From positions 832,001 to 896,000 of the forward strand of contig CAVUKA010000001.1 in assembly GCA_963741945.1 (NCBI GenBank): DNA of 64,000 nt. Direction: 5' to 3'. Below the pieces are notes generated by a model that did no database searches, was not told where the DNA came from, and worked only from the letters and a program-made list of their open reading frames with translations. Below, piece by piece: positions 35,185 through 45,323 of the stretch (positions are counted from its first letter, which is position 1; every line of letters starts with the position of its first letter). The DNA is from an uncultured Gemmatimonadales bacterium (GTDB lineage: Bacteria; Gemmatimonadota; Gemmatimonadetes; Longimicrobiales; RSA9). The translations under genes and the position numbers were made by a program.

Positions 35185-37244
35185 CGGGGCAGGCTCCGGA
35201 GCCAGTCTACCAGCCCGCGCACGTGGGCTTCGGCGATGCGGCGGCGGACATCCTCCCGCTTCAGCGCGGCCTCCTGGGCGGGGATCATCATGAACATGTT
35301 CTCGGTGAGGATGGCGGGGGCCCAGGTGAAGCGCGGCTGGTGCAGGTCGGCGCGGCCGTAGCCCAGGTCGCGCAGCCCGAGCTCGGCGAGCAGCGCCCGC
35401 TGGACATCACGCGCCAGCAGCGCGGAGCTGGCATGGTTGTAATAGACGCTGGTCCCGTTGTTCTCGAACGGGTTCACCCCTTCCGGGAACGCATTGTTGT
35501 GCACGCTGATCCACACGTCCACGTCCTCGGCGCGGGCGAGCGCCGTGCGCTGAACGAGCGAGAGGGTCGTGTCCGTGGTGCGCGTCATGACCACGCGGGC
35601 GCCGCGCGCCAGGAGCGCGTCCCGGAGTGCCAGCGCAATGCCGAGGTTCGCGTCGGCCTCGGTGAGCCCGGTGGGCCCCATGGTCCGCCGATCGGCGCCG
35701 CCGTGGCCGGCATCCACGCCCACCACGAGGCCGGCCAGCGGGTTGTCCGGGTCGAGTACCGGCGGGCGCTTCAGGCGCAGCACCAGGTCGCCGCCCGGGC
35801 CCCAGAAGGTCTCGTAGCCCCACGGGATGGTGGAGAGCTGGAGGTCGAGGCGGAAAAGCCGATCGGACGGCTGGCGCCATTCGCCGCGGAGGACGTACGG
35901 GTCGATGCGACCGTACTGGAGAAAGTTCACCCGGCTGGTGGCGCCGAAGACGCGCAGGGAGAGAGACCGGTGGCCTTCCGTGACGTCGTAGGGGAGGCGG
36001 CGATCCATGGCCACGTGCACGTCGATCCAGCCGGGCTGCGGGTCCATGCGCACCACGGCCACGCGCGAGGTGGGCGGCGGGGTCCCGGGCGCGAGCAGCG
36101 TCACGGCGCCGGACGGCGTCCAGGCGCTCAGGTCATCCGTGAGCCGGACGCGGTAGATCCCGTTCCGCTCTCCCGTGAGCTCCAGCTCCGTGCCGTTCCG
36201 CCACGTGTACGCGTACGGGCCGCTGCCGGGGCCGGGGCGCGCGACGATGCGTTGGTCCCCGTTGCGTTCCGGCGTGTCGGCGTCCAGCGCCCGGCCCACC
36301 CGCGGACGCGCGGGGTCCTGCAACACCAGGTTGAGCCGGAGCGGGCGGCGCACGGTGTCGCCCCGGACCGCAAGCACGAGCACCGCGGGGCGTGCGTCGG
36401 CGCCGTCGTCCGGTGCGGGCCGGGGGCGCTCCGCCAGCGCGGGCCACGGGACGTCACGATCCGGACTCACCAGGCGACGGGCGGCGAAGAATCCACGGTA
36501 CCACGCCAGCCCCGACGCGGGTTCCGGCGCTGCGGCCGCTTCCGCTCCGGCGCCGGGCCGCACGCCGAACTCGGTCACGGACGCCGCAGCGGATTGCGCC
36601 TCCTCGATGAGCGGCAGCCGGACGCTGTCGGGAAGGAGCAGCCACGCCTGTCCGCCGGCCGTGCCCCTGAACCCCACCTCCACGCGCTCGCCCGTGAGCG
36701 CCACCCAGGCGCCGGACGGGTACGAGGAGCCGTCCAGGATCGCGGTGGCGCCCCCTGCCACCGGGGGCGGCGGCGGCGGGAAGACCGGCACATCGAGCGT
36801 GCGGGTCTCGTCGCCCAGTGTCGCGCGGAGGTGGTAGGTCGAGTCCGCCACGGGTACCGGGACGTAGGCCAGGAACGCGCCATTCGGGGCCACGTCCACG
36901 GGGCGGTCGTCGATCGTGAGCTGCGCGCGGCCGTTCCCCGTGGAGCCGAAGATGAAGCTGCGGCCGCGGGTGGCCAGGTGCGCCGAATCGGGCGGGAACC
37001 GGACCTGGAGGTCGAGCGGACCGTTCACTTCCGGGATCGGCGGCAGCGCGGGCGTGGGGGCGTGCGGCCCGGGCAGGGGCGCGGCCTCCGTCGCGGGGGC
37101 GGGCGTGGGGGCAGTGGCGCAGCCGGCAAGGGCGGCCGTGGGCCCGGCGAGCGTGGCGAGGGTGAGGGCGATGGCGCGTCCCGGCATGCGGCGGGCCCGG
37201 AGACCGGCGGAGTGGGTCGGCATGGTCGTGCTCTTTGCCGTCAT
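35181..37244 (-). CDS. N-acetylmuramoyl-L-alanine amidase (Amidase_3), lipoprotein
   Basis: VDAGHGG, EADANL, VMTRT, ISVHNNA, AILTE; LAGC lipobox. Confidence 0.88.
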   Translation of the reverse strand: MTAKSTTMPTHSAGLRARRMPGRAIALTLATLAGPTAALAGCATAPTPAPATEAAPLPGPHAPTPALPPIPEVNGPLDLQVRFPPDSAHLATRGRSFIFGSTGNGRAQLTIDDRPVDVAPNGAFLAYVPVPVADSTYHLRATLGDETRTLDVPVFPPPPPPVAGGATAILDGSSYPSGAWVALTGERVEVGFRGTAGGQAWLLLPDSVRLPLIEEAQSAAASVTEFGVRPGAGAEAAAAPEPASGLAWYRGFFAARRLVSPDRDVPWPALAERPRPAPDDGADARPAVLVLAVRGDTVRRPLRLNLVLQDPARPRVGRALDADTPERNGDQRIVARPGPGSGPYAYTWRNGTELELTGERNGIYRVRLTDDLSAWTPSGAVTLLAPGTPPPTSRVAVVRMDPQPGWIDVHVAMDRRLPYDVTEGHRSLSLRVFGATSRVNFLQYGRIDPYVLRGEWRQPSDRLFRLDLQLSTIPWGYETFWGPGGDLVLRLKRPPVLDPDNPLAGLVVGVDAGHGGADRRTMGPTGLTEADANLGIALALRDALLARGARVVMTRTTDTTLSLVQRTALARAEDVDVWISVHNNAFPEGVNPFENNGTSVYYNHASSALLARDVQRALLAELGLRDLGYGRADLHQPRFTWAPAILTENMFMMIPAQEAALKREDVRRRIAEAHVRGLVDWLRSLPR

Positions 37245-39115
37245 GTGGCGGGGCGGGGCTGGGGGCCAGGGTGCGTGGGCGGCTCCGGCGTGGGCGGCGC
37301 GATTTGCGGCGATCCCATGCGGCGGAGCCAGATGAAGCCGACGAGCGCGGTGGCGAAGTTGAAGCCGGCGACGGTCCAGCGCAGGAAGACCAGGCCACCA
37401 ATGCCGAACATGAGTCCGAACAGGATCATGAGCCCGGCGATCACGCGAAGGATGTCCCTCCCCAGGTTCTGCGCCGGCTGGATCCCCGTGCGCTCCTGCA
37501 CCACGCGCCAGCCGGGTCCGCCGGGGCGGATGCGGGTGTAGAACCGGTCCAGGATCTCCGGCTTCTCCGGACGGGTGAGGAACATGATGGGGATCCAGAG
37601 GAGGAGCGTGATGCCGGCGGTGACCATGAGACGGATGCCGAAGTCGTCGATGCGGAGGCTGAAGACGGGGTTGTCGATGGACGTGAGCAGCCCCACCACG
37701 AAGCCGCCCACCATGGCCGAGAGCTCGGCCCAGGCATTGATCCGCCACCAGTACCAGCGGAGGATCAGCACCAGGCCGGGACCGGTGCCCACGGCCAGGA
37801 TCAGGCGATAGACGGTCGCCACGGACGTGGAGTAGAATGCCGCCGTGGCTCCCAGTACTGTGACGCCCACACTGGCCACGCGGGCGAACAGCACCAGCTC
37901 CTTCTGCCCCGCCTCCGGCCGGACGAAACGGGCGTAGAGGTCGTTGGTGATGTAGCTGGCGCTCCAGTTGATGAGCGTGGACACCGTGGACATGAACGCC
38001 GCGACCAGCGACGCGACGACCAGCCCCAGCACACCCGTCGGGAGGAAGTCGAGCATGAGCTTCGGGTAGCCGAGCTCGCGGTCGCACCCGGGGTCGCCGA
38101 TCCCGGCCGCGGAAAGAGACGCGCACTGGTCGTGCGTGAGCGGCGGATAGATGACGAGCGCCACGATGGCCACCAGCACCCACGGCCAGGTCCGGACCAC
38201 GTAGTTCATGATGTTGAAGAACCACGACGCCCGCTCGGCTTCGTGCTCGGTCTTCACTGCGCTCAGCCGCTGGATGAACTCGCCGCCACCATCGCTGCGA
38301 CGGAACGCCCACCAGAGCACGGCCACGTAGCTGAAGAAGGTGAGGAAGCTGATCCCGGCCGTTTTCGACCACCCCAGCAGCGTGGCGCCGCCGAAATGGA
38401 CGGGGGTGAAGCTCAGGACGTCGAAGTCCGTCAGGCGCTGGGCCCCCGTCACCACTTCCCGCAGCCCGCCCACGTGCGCCACGGCAACGACGGCCACGAT
38501 GATGGCGCCGAGGAGGCCGAGAAAGAACTGGAAGAAATCCGTGGCGGCCACGCCCCAGAGGCCGGAGACGCCGGCGTAGGCCAGCACGAACACGCTCACG
38601 GCCACCACGCTCCACAGCTTTCCGCTCTCGCCCGGGTCCAGCCCCAGGCTCGGGAAGACCTGGAGCGCGTCCACCACTTTCACCATGGCCAGCATGGCGT
38701 AGCCGATCCCGATGCTCCCGATCACCACCGCGAACAGGAACCCCTTCACGGCTCGGAGCGTCGCCGCGGGGCGCCCGCCGTAGCGGAGCTCCGTCAGCTC
38801 GTTGTCCGTGACGATCTCGGCGCGGCGCCAGAGCCGGGCGAAAATGTAGATGAGGATGACGTGGGCGATGGCGTACCCCCACCATTCCCAGTTCCCCGCC
38901 ACCCCGCGGTTGCCCACCACGCCGGCCACGTAGAGGGGCGTGTCGATGGAGAACGTGGTGGCGGCCATGGATGTGCCGGCGAGCCACCACGGCAGCGAGC
39001 GGCCACCCACGAAGAAGTCCACCATGCTCCCGGACGCCCGGCGAGCCAGGTAGATTCCCAGGACCATGGTCATGAGCAGGTAGGCCCCGACTATGGCGAA
39101 ATCGACAGTCCCCAT
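37241..39115 (-). CDS. Sodium:solute symporter
   Basis: DFFVGGRSLPWWLAGTSMAATTFS, AAFMSTVST..NW; many TM helices. Confidence 0.92.
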   Translation of the reverse strand: MGTVDFAIVGAYLLMTMVLGIYLARRASGSMVDFFVGGRSLPWWLAGTSMAATTFSIDTPLYVAGVVGNRGVAGNWEWWGYAIAHVILIYIFARLWRRAEIVTDNELTELRYGGRPAATLRAVKGFLFAVVIGSIGIGYAMLAMVKVVDALQVFPSLGLDPGESGKLWSVVAVSVFVLAYAGVSGLWGVAATDFFQFFLGLLGAIIVAVVAVAHVGGLREVVTGAQRLTDFDVLSFTPVHFGGATLLGWSKTAGISFLTFFSYVAVLWWAFRRSDGGGEFIQRLSAVKTEHEAERASWFFNIMNYVVRTWPWVLVAIVALVIYPPLTHDQCASLSAAGIGDPGCDRELGYPKLMLDFLPTGVLGLVVASLVAAFMSTVSTLINWSASYITNDLYARFVRPEAGQKELVLFARVASVGVTVLGATAAFYSTSVATVYRLILAVGTGPGLVLILRWYWWRINAWAELSAMVGGFVVGLLTSIDNPVFSLRIDDFGIRLMVTAGITLLLWIPIMFLTRPEKPEILDRFYTRIRPGGPGWRVVQERTGIQPAQNLGRDILRVIAGLMILFGLMFGIGGLVFLRWTVAGFNFATALVGFIWLRRMGSPQIAPPTPEPPTHPGPQPRPAT

Positions 39116-39195
39116 CCATCTCCCTTCCGGCATGCCGGTTGCACCCGCGCCGCCGGCGACTCACCATTCCGGAGCGCACTCATCCAGGAGGTACC

Positions 39196-39870
39196 GTGCT
39201 AGGCGACTTCTTCTATCAGCTGGGCCAGAGCATCGGCGCACTCGAGTCGCAGCTCCGAGGCAAGGGCGGTGCCGCTGATGCTCCGGCCGCCGCAGTGTAC
39301 GACACGGAGGCGGGTCAGGTCCACGACCTCGACCGGGACGCCTTCGAGGACGACACCGGCTCCAGCGCCGAAGCCATGGAGGGCGCACTCGCCGGCGCCG
39401 CCGCCGCGTGGATCGCTGCCCGTGTCCTCCGCCCCCGCGCCGTGTCCTGGCCCCGCGTGGTCTTTGCCGGCGTGGCCGCCACGGCGCTCGCCGACGCCGT
39501 GGGTCGGACGCTCGAGGGCCGCGGCGCATCCGGCGGGAGGCCGTTCGCCCGCGACCCCGAGGAGCTCCTGGCTCGCGTCACGGCCGGCATCGCCGTCGCC
39601 GCCGGGTACGCGTCGCTCCTCTATCCGCGCATCCCGGGGCCCCCGCTCTTCCGGGGCATGGTGTTCGCCGCCCTCGAGCTGGCCGCCGCCCCTCGCGGCG
39701 GGCTGGTGGGGCTGGCCCGCGACACCCCCGGCATCCGGTTCCCGCTACAGGCGCTGGCCACCCCCGTCGATGAGGACGCGGGCACGCTCTCGCGAGTGGC
39801 CTTCGGCTTCGGTCTGGGCCTGTTCTATCGCGACGGGCGCAAAGATGGCGACGAGGACGAGGAGGACTGA
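39196..39870 (+). CDS. Hypothetical membrane protein
   Basis: CAGGAGG RBS before GTG; hydrophobic segments. Confidence 0.6.
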   Translation: MLGDFFYQLGQSIGALESQLRGKGGAADAPAAAVYDTEAGQVHDLDRDAFEDDTGSSAEAMEGALAGAAAAWIAARVLRPRAVSWPRVVFAGVAATALADAVGRTLEGRGASGGRPFARDPEELLARVTAGIAVAAGYASLLYPRIPGPPLFRGMVFAALELAAAPRGGLVGLARDTPGIRFPLQALATPVDEDAGTLSRVAFGFGLGLFYRDGRKDGDEDEED

Positions 39871-41348
39871 GGCCGCGTCAGCCAGTCCGCGGCCGCACGC
39901 TGCATGATCGGCTCTCCGCCCCACGCCAGGAGGATGTTCGCACCCGGCGTCTCCTCCGCCACGCGCGGCGGCCCGAAAAGCGCCACCGTGGCCCCCATGG
40001 GTGACGCGATCGCCGACGACACCGTGTCCACGGCCGCTGCGCTCAGTCCGGGTCGACCCTTGAAGCCGCGGATGTCGGCGAACAGCGCCACCAGCACGGG
40101 CCGCGACCCGGTGGGTCGGTCCACGCCCCGGACATCGATGCCCGCTGCGGTCAGCGCGGCGGCGAGCTCGCCGCGAGGGGCGCTCACGGGGAATGGGCCG
40201 CCCACGTCGTCGTCCACCACCAGTAGCTCCACCGCCGGCGGGCACGACGGCTGACCGCGCACGGGACGGACGGAACGCGCGGCCAGGGTGCGGGCCCACT
40301 CGGCGTCGCCGGCACGACCCCACAGGCGGGTGGGGTCCGTCTCCGAGGTCCGGTCGTCGGTACGCCCCGCCGCCCGCTCCGCCTCGGCGCGGACCCGGGC
40401 GACAGCCTCGCCGATCCGCTCCTCCGGGACCGCGTCGCCCCTCGCCCGGTCCAGCGCTGCCGCCAGCGCTTCCACGTCGCGCGGGTAGAGGAGCACGTCG
40501 CAGCCGGCGTTCAGCGCCCGCACGGCCGCGTCGGCCTCCGCCGCGCGTGCATCGCTGGCCCCGCCCAGTACCCCTTCCATGATCAGCGCGTCCGTCACGA
40601 TCAGGCCGTCGAACCCCATGCGCTCCCGCAGGAGTCCCGTGAGGATCGGCCGCGACAGCGTGGCCGGCGCGCCGCTGGCGTCCAGCGCCGGGTACGACAC
40701 GTGGGCCGTCATCACGGATTCGACGCCGGCCTCGATCGCCGCGCGGAACGGCGCCAGGTCGGCCGCCTCCAGCGTGGCCGCGTCCGCTTCCACCCGCGGC
40801 AGCGCGAGGTGCGAGTCCGCCGTGGTCCGCCCATGCCCCGGGAAATGCTTCGCGCACGCCAGCGCGCCGCCGTCGCGACACCCCTCGATCCACGCCCGGA
40901 CCTGCCGCGACGCGGTCTCCGGATCATCTCCGAACGCACGGCTCCCCACGATCGGGTTCTCCGGCTCCACGTCCAGGTCGGCCACGGGGGCATAGACCCA
41001 GTTCACGCCCATGGCCAGAGCTTCCCGCGCCGTCAGCTCACCCGCCCGGCGCGTCAGGTCCAGGTCCCCGATCCCCGCCAGCGCCGCCGCCGGCGGCAGC
41101 GATGTGGCGCCCGCGAACTGCTGGCCCGCACCGCGCTCCAGGTCGGCCCCGACCAGCAGTGGATGCGAGCTCCGCTCCCGGAGCTCCGCCGTCAGCTCCC
41201 GCACCGCCCCGGCCGTCCCGCCGAAGATGATGAAGCCGCCCACTCCCAGACCCAGTGCCCGGTCCACGGGCTCGTCGTAGTCTCCGAACGACCCGCTCTC
41301 CACATTCCAGCGGATCGCCGGGAACAGTAGCCGCGCCGTGTCTCTCAT
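39825..41348 (-). CDS. nagZ: GH3 beta-N-acetylglucosaminidase (NagZ-like)
   Basis: ADLERG, APVADL, KHFPGHG.T..DSH, VMTAH, VTDALIM. Confidence 0.85.
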   Translation of the reverse strand: MRDTARLLFPAIRWNVESGSFGDYDEPVDRALGLGVGGFIIFGGTAGAVRELTAELRERSSHPLLVGADLERGAGQQFAGATSLPPAAALAGIGDLDLTRRAGELTAREALAMGVNWVYAPVADLDVEPENPIVGSRAFGDDPETASRQVRAWIEGCRDGGALACAKHFPGHGRTTADSHLALPRVEADAATLEAADLAPFRAAIEAGVESVMTAHVSYPALDASGAPATLSRPILTGLLRERMGFDGLIVTDALIMEGVLGGASDARAAEADAAVRALNAGCDVLLYPRDVEALAAALDRARGDAVPEERIGEAVARVRAEAERAAGRTDDRTSETDPTRLWGRAGDAEWARTLAARSVRPVRGQPSCPPAVELLVVDDDVGGPFPVSAPRGELAAALTAAGIDVRGVDRPTGSRPVLVALFADIRGFKGRPGLSAAAVDTVSSAIASPMGATVALFGPPRVAEETPGANILLAWGGEPIMQRAAADWLTRPQSSSSSSPSLRPSR

Positions 41349-41364
41349 CCTCTCCCCTCCCCGT

Positions 41365-42576
41365 TCAGACCCGTCCTGTCCACCCTTGTACGAGGCGCCC
41401 GTGCCCATGGCCTTTCGCGCCGTGCCCGCCTCGGCCGCCCGGCGTCAACGACCCCAGCACCCTCGCGCCCGTCGCCCCGGTCACTTCCGGCACGCTCGCG
41501 GGACGCCCGGCGAGGTGCGCCCACGCCAGCACCGCGAACGCCACGGCCTCCTTCGCTTCCGGCGGGATTCCCAGCGCGACCCCCTCACGGACCGGAAGCG
41601 GATCGAGCTCCCGCCGGAGCATGTCCATGAGCGCGCCGTTTCGGCTGCCGCCGCCCGTGACGATCATCTCCCCATCCGCGCCGGGATCCGCCCAGCGGCG
41701 CACGGCGACCGCGATGCTCCGGGCCGTGAGGGCGGTGAGGGTGGCGACGAGGTCCGCCCACTCCCCCCGCCCCTTCGGCCCGTTGGCGCCCGCCAGCCGC
41801 TCCACGTACGGTCGCCCGAACCGCTCCCGCCCCGTCGACTTGGGCGGCGGCCGCTGGAAGTACGGGTCGGCGAGCAGCTGCTCGAGGAGCGTCGCGTCCA
41901 CTGTTCCGGCGCGGGCCCACTCGCCATCGCGGTCGAACGCTTCCCGGCCGTCCGTCGCCAGCGCCACGGCCGCGTCGATCAGCGCGTTGCCGGGACCCGT
42001 GTCGAACGCCACCAGAGGGCCATCATCGCCCCGGGGCGGCAGCCGCGTCAGGTTGGCCATTCCGCCGACATTCTGCAGGACCCGGGGCCGGTCCCCGGTG
42101 AAGAGGAGGCGGTCCACCCACGGGACCAGCGGCGCGCCCTCTCCGCCGGCAGCCATGTCCCGGCTACGGAAATCGCTCACCACGTCCACGCCCATCCGCT
42201 CCGCGATGGTCGCCGGGCAGCCGAGCTGCAGCGTGGCACCTCGTCGGCCGTCGCGCGGCGGATCGTGCCAGATGGTCTGGCCGTGGGAGCCCACGACGTC
42301 GATCTCGCCGAGGGGGACACCCGCCGCCCGGCAGACTGCGACCACGGCGTCCGCGAACCACTCGCCCAGGCGAGCGTGAAGCCGCGCCAGGGCGGCCGCG
42401 TTTCCGCCCGCCCCCATGGCGGCGTGGATCTCATCCCGGCGCGCGGGCGTGAACGGGTAGGTCTCGAAGGCGATGAGGCGGCAGGAGATGTCGTCGCCGG
42501 CCCCGTCCTCCAGCTCCACCAGCGCCGCATCGATCCCGTCCAGCGACGTCCCGGACATGAGCCCCACCACCTTCAT
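41365..42576 (-). CDS. anmK: Anhydro-N-acetylmuramic acid kinase
   Basis: GLMSGTSLDGID, GSHGQTIWH, DFRSRDMAAGGEGAPLVP, FDTGPGN, PKSTGRE. Confidence 0.95.
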   Translation of the reverse strand: MKVVGLMSGTSLDGIDAALVELEDGAGDDISCRLIAFETYPFTPARRDEIHAAMGAGGNAAALARLHARLGEWFADAVVAVCRAAGVPLGEIDVVGSHGQTIWHDPPRDGRRGATLQLGCPATIAERMGVDVVSDFRSRDMAAGGEGAPLVPWVDRLLFTGDRPRVLQNVGGMANLTRLPPRGDDGPLVAFDTGPGNALIDAAVALATDGREAFDRDGEWARAGTVDATLLEQLLADPYFQRPPPKSTGRERFGRPYVERLAGANGPKGRGEWADLVATLTALTARSIAVAVRRWADPGADGEMIVTGGGSRNGALMDMLRRELDPLPVREGVALGIPPEAKEAVAFAVLAWAHLAGRPASVPEVTGATGARVLGSLTPGGRGGHGAKGHGHGRLVQGWTGRV

Positions 42577-42629
42577 GGCACCTCCCCATCGCGGTTCACC
42601 CCGCGCTTCGCCCCCCCCGGTGGTCGGGC

Positions 42630-43613
42630 TCATGGCCGCGGCGGGCGGCAGCGGTCGCCGGTGACGCGCGTGATCACGCCGCCCACTTCCTCCAGGCGGC
42701 GCTTCGCCTCGCCGACCTCCAGGTCGAGGCAGCCCATGACGATGGCCGTCTTCACGTGGCCATCGGCCGCGTCCAGCAGCCGCTCCGCGGCCGCACGGTC
42801 GAGCTGCAGCGTTTCCATCAGGATCCGCTCGCCCCGGTCCCGGAGCTTCTGGCACGTGACCTGGAGGTCCACCATGAGGTTCCCGTACACCTTGCCCAGC
42901 TTCACCATGGCCGCGGTGCTGATGGTGTTGAGCACCATCTTCGTGGCGGTGCCCGCCTTCATGCGCGTGGAGCCGGTGATGACTTCCGGGCCCACCAGTG
43001 GTGCGATCACCACGTCGTGCGCATCCGTCAGCGCAGCGGTGGGATACGTGCACAGCAGGAATCCCGTGCGCGCCCCCCGCTCCCGGGCCCGCCCCAGTGC
43101 GCCATGCACGAAGAGCGTCGCTCCAGAGCTGGCGATCCCCAGCACGAAATCGCTGGCGCCGACCTCTCGCTCGTCCATGGTTGCCGCGCCCGCCGACTCG
43201 TCGTCCTCCGCGCCTTCCCGCGCGCGGAACACAGCGTCGCGGCCGCCCGCGATGACGCCCTGAACCATGGACGGGTCCGTCCCGTAGGTCGGCGGCATTT
43301 CCGCCGCATCCAGGATCCCGAGCCGTCCGGACGTCCCTGCGCCCACGTAGATCAGGCGACCTCCGGCCCTGAAGCATTCCACCACCAGCTCAATGCACCG
43401 GGCGATCTCACGCCGCTCCTCCGCCACCGCCTGGGCCACCATCCGGTCCTCGGCGTTGATCAGGTCCACGATCTCGAGCGTGGAGAGCGCGTCAATGCGC
43501 GCGCTGCGGGGATTCCGCTGCTCGGTCAGCCGAGCTCCCTGCTCGCTCAGCCGGCCTTCGGCTGCCGCGGCTGGCTCGGTACGGTTGCTGGGTTCCGCGT
43601 CGTTCCGGTACAT
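42630..43613 (-). CDS. murQ: N-acetylmuramic acid 6-phosphate etherase
   Basis: TEQRNPRS, YVGAGTSGRLG.LDAAE.PPT.G, GPEVITGSTRMKAGTA.KMVLN. Confidence 0.95.
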   Translation of the reverse strand: MYRNDAEPSNRTEPAAAAEGRLSEQGARLTEQRNPRSARIDALSTLEIVDLINAEDRMVAQAVAEERREIARCIELVVECFRAGGRLIYVGAGTSGRLGILDAAEMPPTYGTDPSMVQGVIAGGRDAVFRAREGAEDDESAGAATMDEREVGASDFVLGIASSGATLFVHGALGRARERGARTGFLLCTYPTAALTDAHDVVIAPLVGPEVITGSTRMKAGTATKMVLNTISTAAMVKLGKVYGNLMVDLQVTCQKLRDRGERILMETLQLDRAAAERLLDAADGHVKTAIVMGCLDLEVGEAKRRLEEVGGVITRVTGDRCRPPRP

Positions 43614-43649
43614 TCGGCCGGTCTGAAAGGTATCTCTGGCCCCACGCCC

Positions 43650-44846
43650 ATGCGAGACTTCCTCCGCCACGCCCGCAGCATCCACGCCGAACTGACGGCG
43701 CTCCGCCGCGACATCCATCGTCATCCCGAGCTGTCCTTCCGGGAGAACCGGACTGCGCGCGTGGCCGCGGACGCCGTGGCCGCGGCCGGATTCTCGACCC
43801 GGCGAGGCGTGGGCGGCACCGGTGTGGTGGCGGATCTCGGGAGCGGTGGCCCCGTGGTGGCGCTGCGCGCCGACATGGACGCGCTGCCGATCGAGGAGCG
43901 GAACGACGCCGACTACCGCTCGACCCGGCCGGGCATCATGCACGCGTGCGGCCACGACGCCCACACCGCCATGCTCATTGGCGCCGCGCGGCTGCTCGCC
44001 GACGCACGGGAAGCCGGCGAGCTGCCGGCCGGCACGGTCCGCCTCCTCTTCCAGGCGGCCGAGGAGAAGGCCGACAGCAGGAACCGGAGCGGCGCCGCGC
44101 ACCTGGTCGCCGCCGGCGCCATGGACGACGTGAGCGCCGTGTTCGCGCTGCACGTGGCCCCGCACCTCTCTGCGGGGAAGGTGTTCCTGCGCGAGGGCGC
44201 CATCATGGCCGGCAGCGACACGTTCACCGCCCACGTCCTGGGCACCGCCAGCCACGGCGCTCGCCCCGACGAGGGCGTGGACGCCATCGTGCTGGCCGCG
44301 CACGCGGTGCTCGCGGCCCAGAACGGCGTCGCCCGCTCCATCGCGCCGGTGCAGTCCGGCGTCCTGACCATCGGGACGCTTCGCGGCGGGACGGCCGAGA
44401 ACGTCATCGCGGACCGCGTATCCATGGATGGGACCCTCCGGTACTTCGACCCGGAGGTACGACGGCGTCTGCGGACCGCCCTCGAGCGGGCCCTCGCCGT
44501 GGCCGACACCATGGGCGGCGCCCACGAGCTGGAGATCCGCGACGGCTACCCGCCCACCCTCAACGAGCCCACCATGACCGCTCTCGCCCGTGAGGCCGTC
44601 CGTGAGATCCTCGGCCCCGACGCCGTCTGGGAAGCCTCACCCATGATGGGCACCGAGGACTTCGCGATCCTCCTCCGCGAGGCGCCCGGCGCCCTCCTCT
44701 GGCTCGGCGCCGCCCCGCTCGATGGCCCCCGCCAGCTCCACAGCGCCACCATGGACCTCGACGAGGACAGCCTCCCCCTCGGCGCCGCCGTCCTGGCCGG
44801 GTGCGCGGCCGCGGCGCTCGGCGCGCTCGGAACGGCCGGCGAGTAG
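43650..44846 (+). CDS. M20D family amidohydrolase
   Basis: RRDIHRHPELSF.E, LRADMDALP, MHACGHDAH, FQAAEE, EDF. Confidence 0.92.
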   Translation: MRDFLRHARSIHAELTALRRDIHRHPELSFRENRTARVAADAVAAAGFSTRRGVGGTGVVADLGSGGPVVALRADMDALPIEERNDADYRSTRPGIMHACGHDAHTAMLIGAARLLADAREAGELPAGTVRLLFQAAEEKADSRNRSGAAHLVAAGAMDDVSAVFALHVAPHLSAGKVFLREGAIMAGSDTFTAHVLGTASHGARPDEGVDAIVLAAHAVLAAQNGVARSIAPVQSGVLTIGTLRGGTAENVIADRVSMDGTLRYFDPEVRRRLRTALERALAVADTMGGAHELEIRDGYPPTLNEPTMTALAREAVREILGPDAVWEASPMMGTEDFAILLREAPGALLWLGAAPLDGPRQLHSATMDLDEDSLPLGAAVLAGCAAAALGALGTAGE

Positions 44847-44900
44847 CGGCTGGCCCGGGGACGGTTCGAGCCGCGGGGTGCTGCGAATCCCGGCGGCTCT

Positions 44901-45251
44901 CTAACCGGCCATCCGCTCGCAGGCGCTGGCGCAGCGGGTGGCCACCTCGGCCACGCGCTTCATGACCGGGTCGTCGAAGTCACGGCAGTTGTCCACCACC
45001 TCGCGGCAGATGTCCGCGCACAGGCCGCATGTCTTCGGGTGGTTGGGCGAGCCGCGCAGCATGAAGTTGGCAGCCGTCTGACAGGACTCGACGCAGTCCG
45101 AAAGGACGCGGATGAGGTGATTGGTGTTCTCCTGTCCCCCGTGGCGGAGCGCGTGCCCGGAGGCGGTGAGGCAGACCTGGTGGCAGCGCGTGCACGCATC
45201 GATGCACTCGGCCATGTCGGAGGAGAATTCCTTCCCTGCGGTTTCCACCAT
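44901..45251 (-). CDS. Cys-rich four-helix-bundle copper storage protein (Csp3/DUF326-like)
   Basis: Repeated CxxxC/CxxC motifs (CIDACTRCHQVC, DCVESC, CGLCADIC). Confidence 0.85.
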   Translation of the reverse strand: MVETAGKEFSSDMAECIDACTRCHQVCLTASGHALRHGGQENTNHLIRVLSDCVESCQTAANFMLRGSPNHPKTCGLCADICREVVDNCRDFDDPVMKRVAEVATRCASACERMAG

Positions 45252-45323
45252 CGTATGTCTCCCGGTTCGTGGGCTCGGATCGGATCCGTGCCCACGGGCG
45301 CCGCAAGCCCTACACCAGTCCGC

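Noticed and set aside
37245-39179. N-terminal half of the 1332-aa ORF (35181-39179)
   Set aside because: Alternative frame overlapping the SSS gene; the real amidase starts near 37244.
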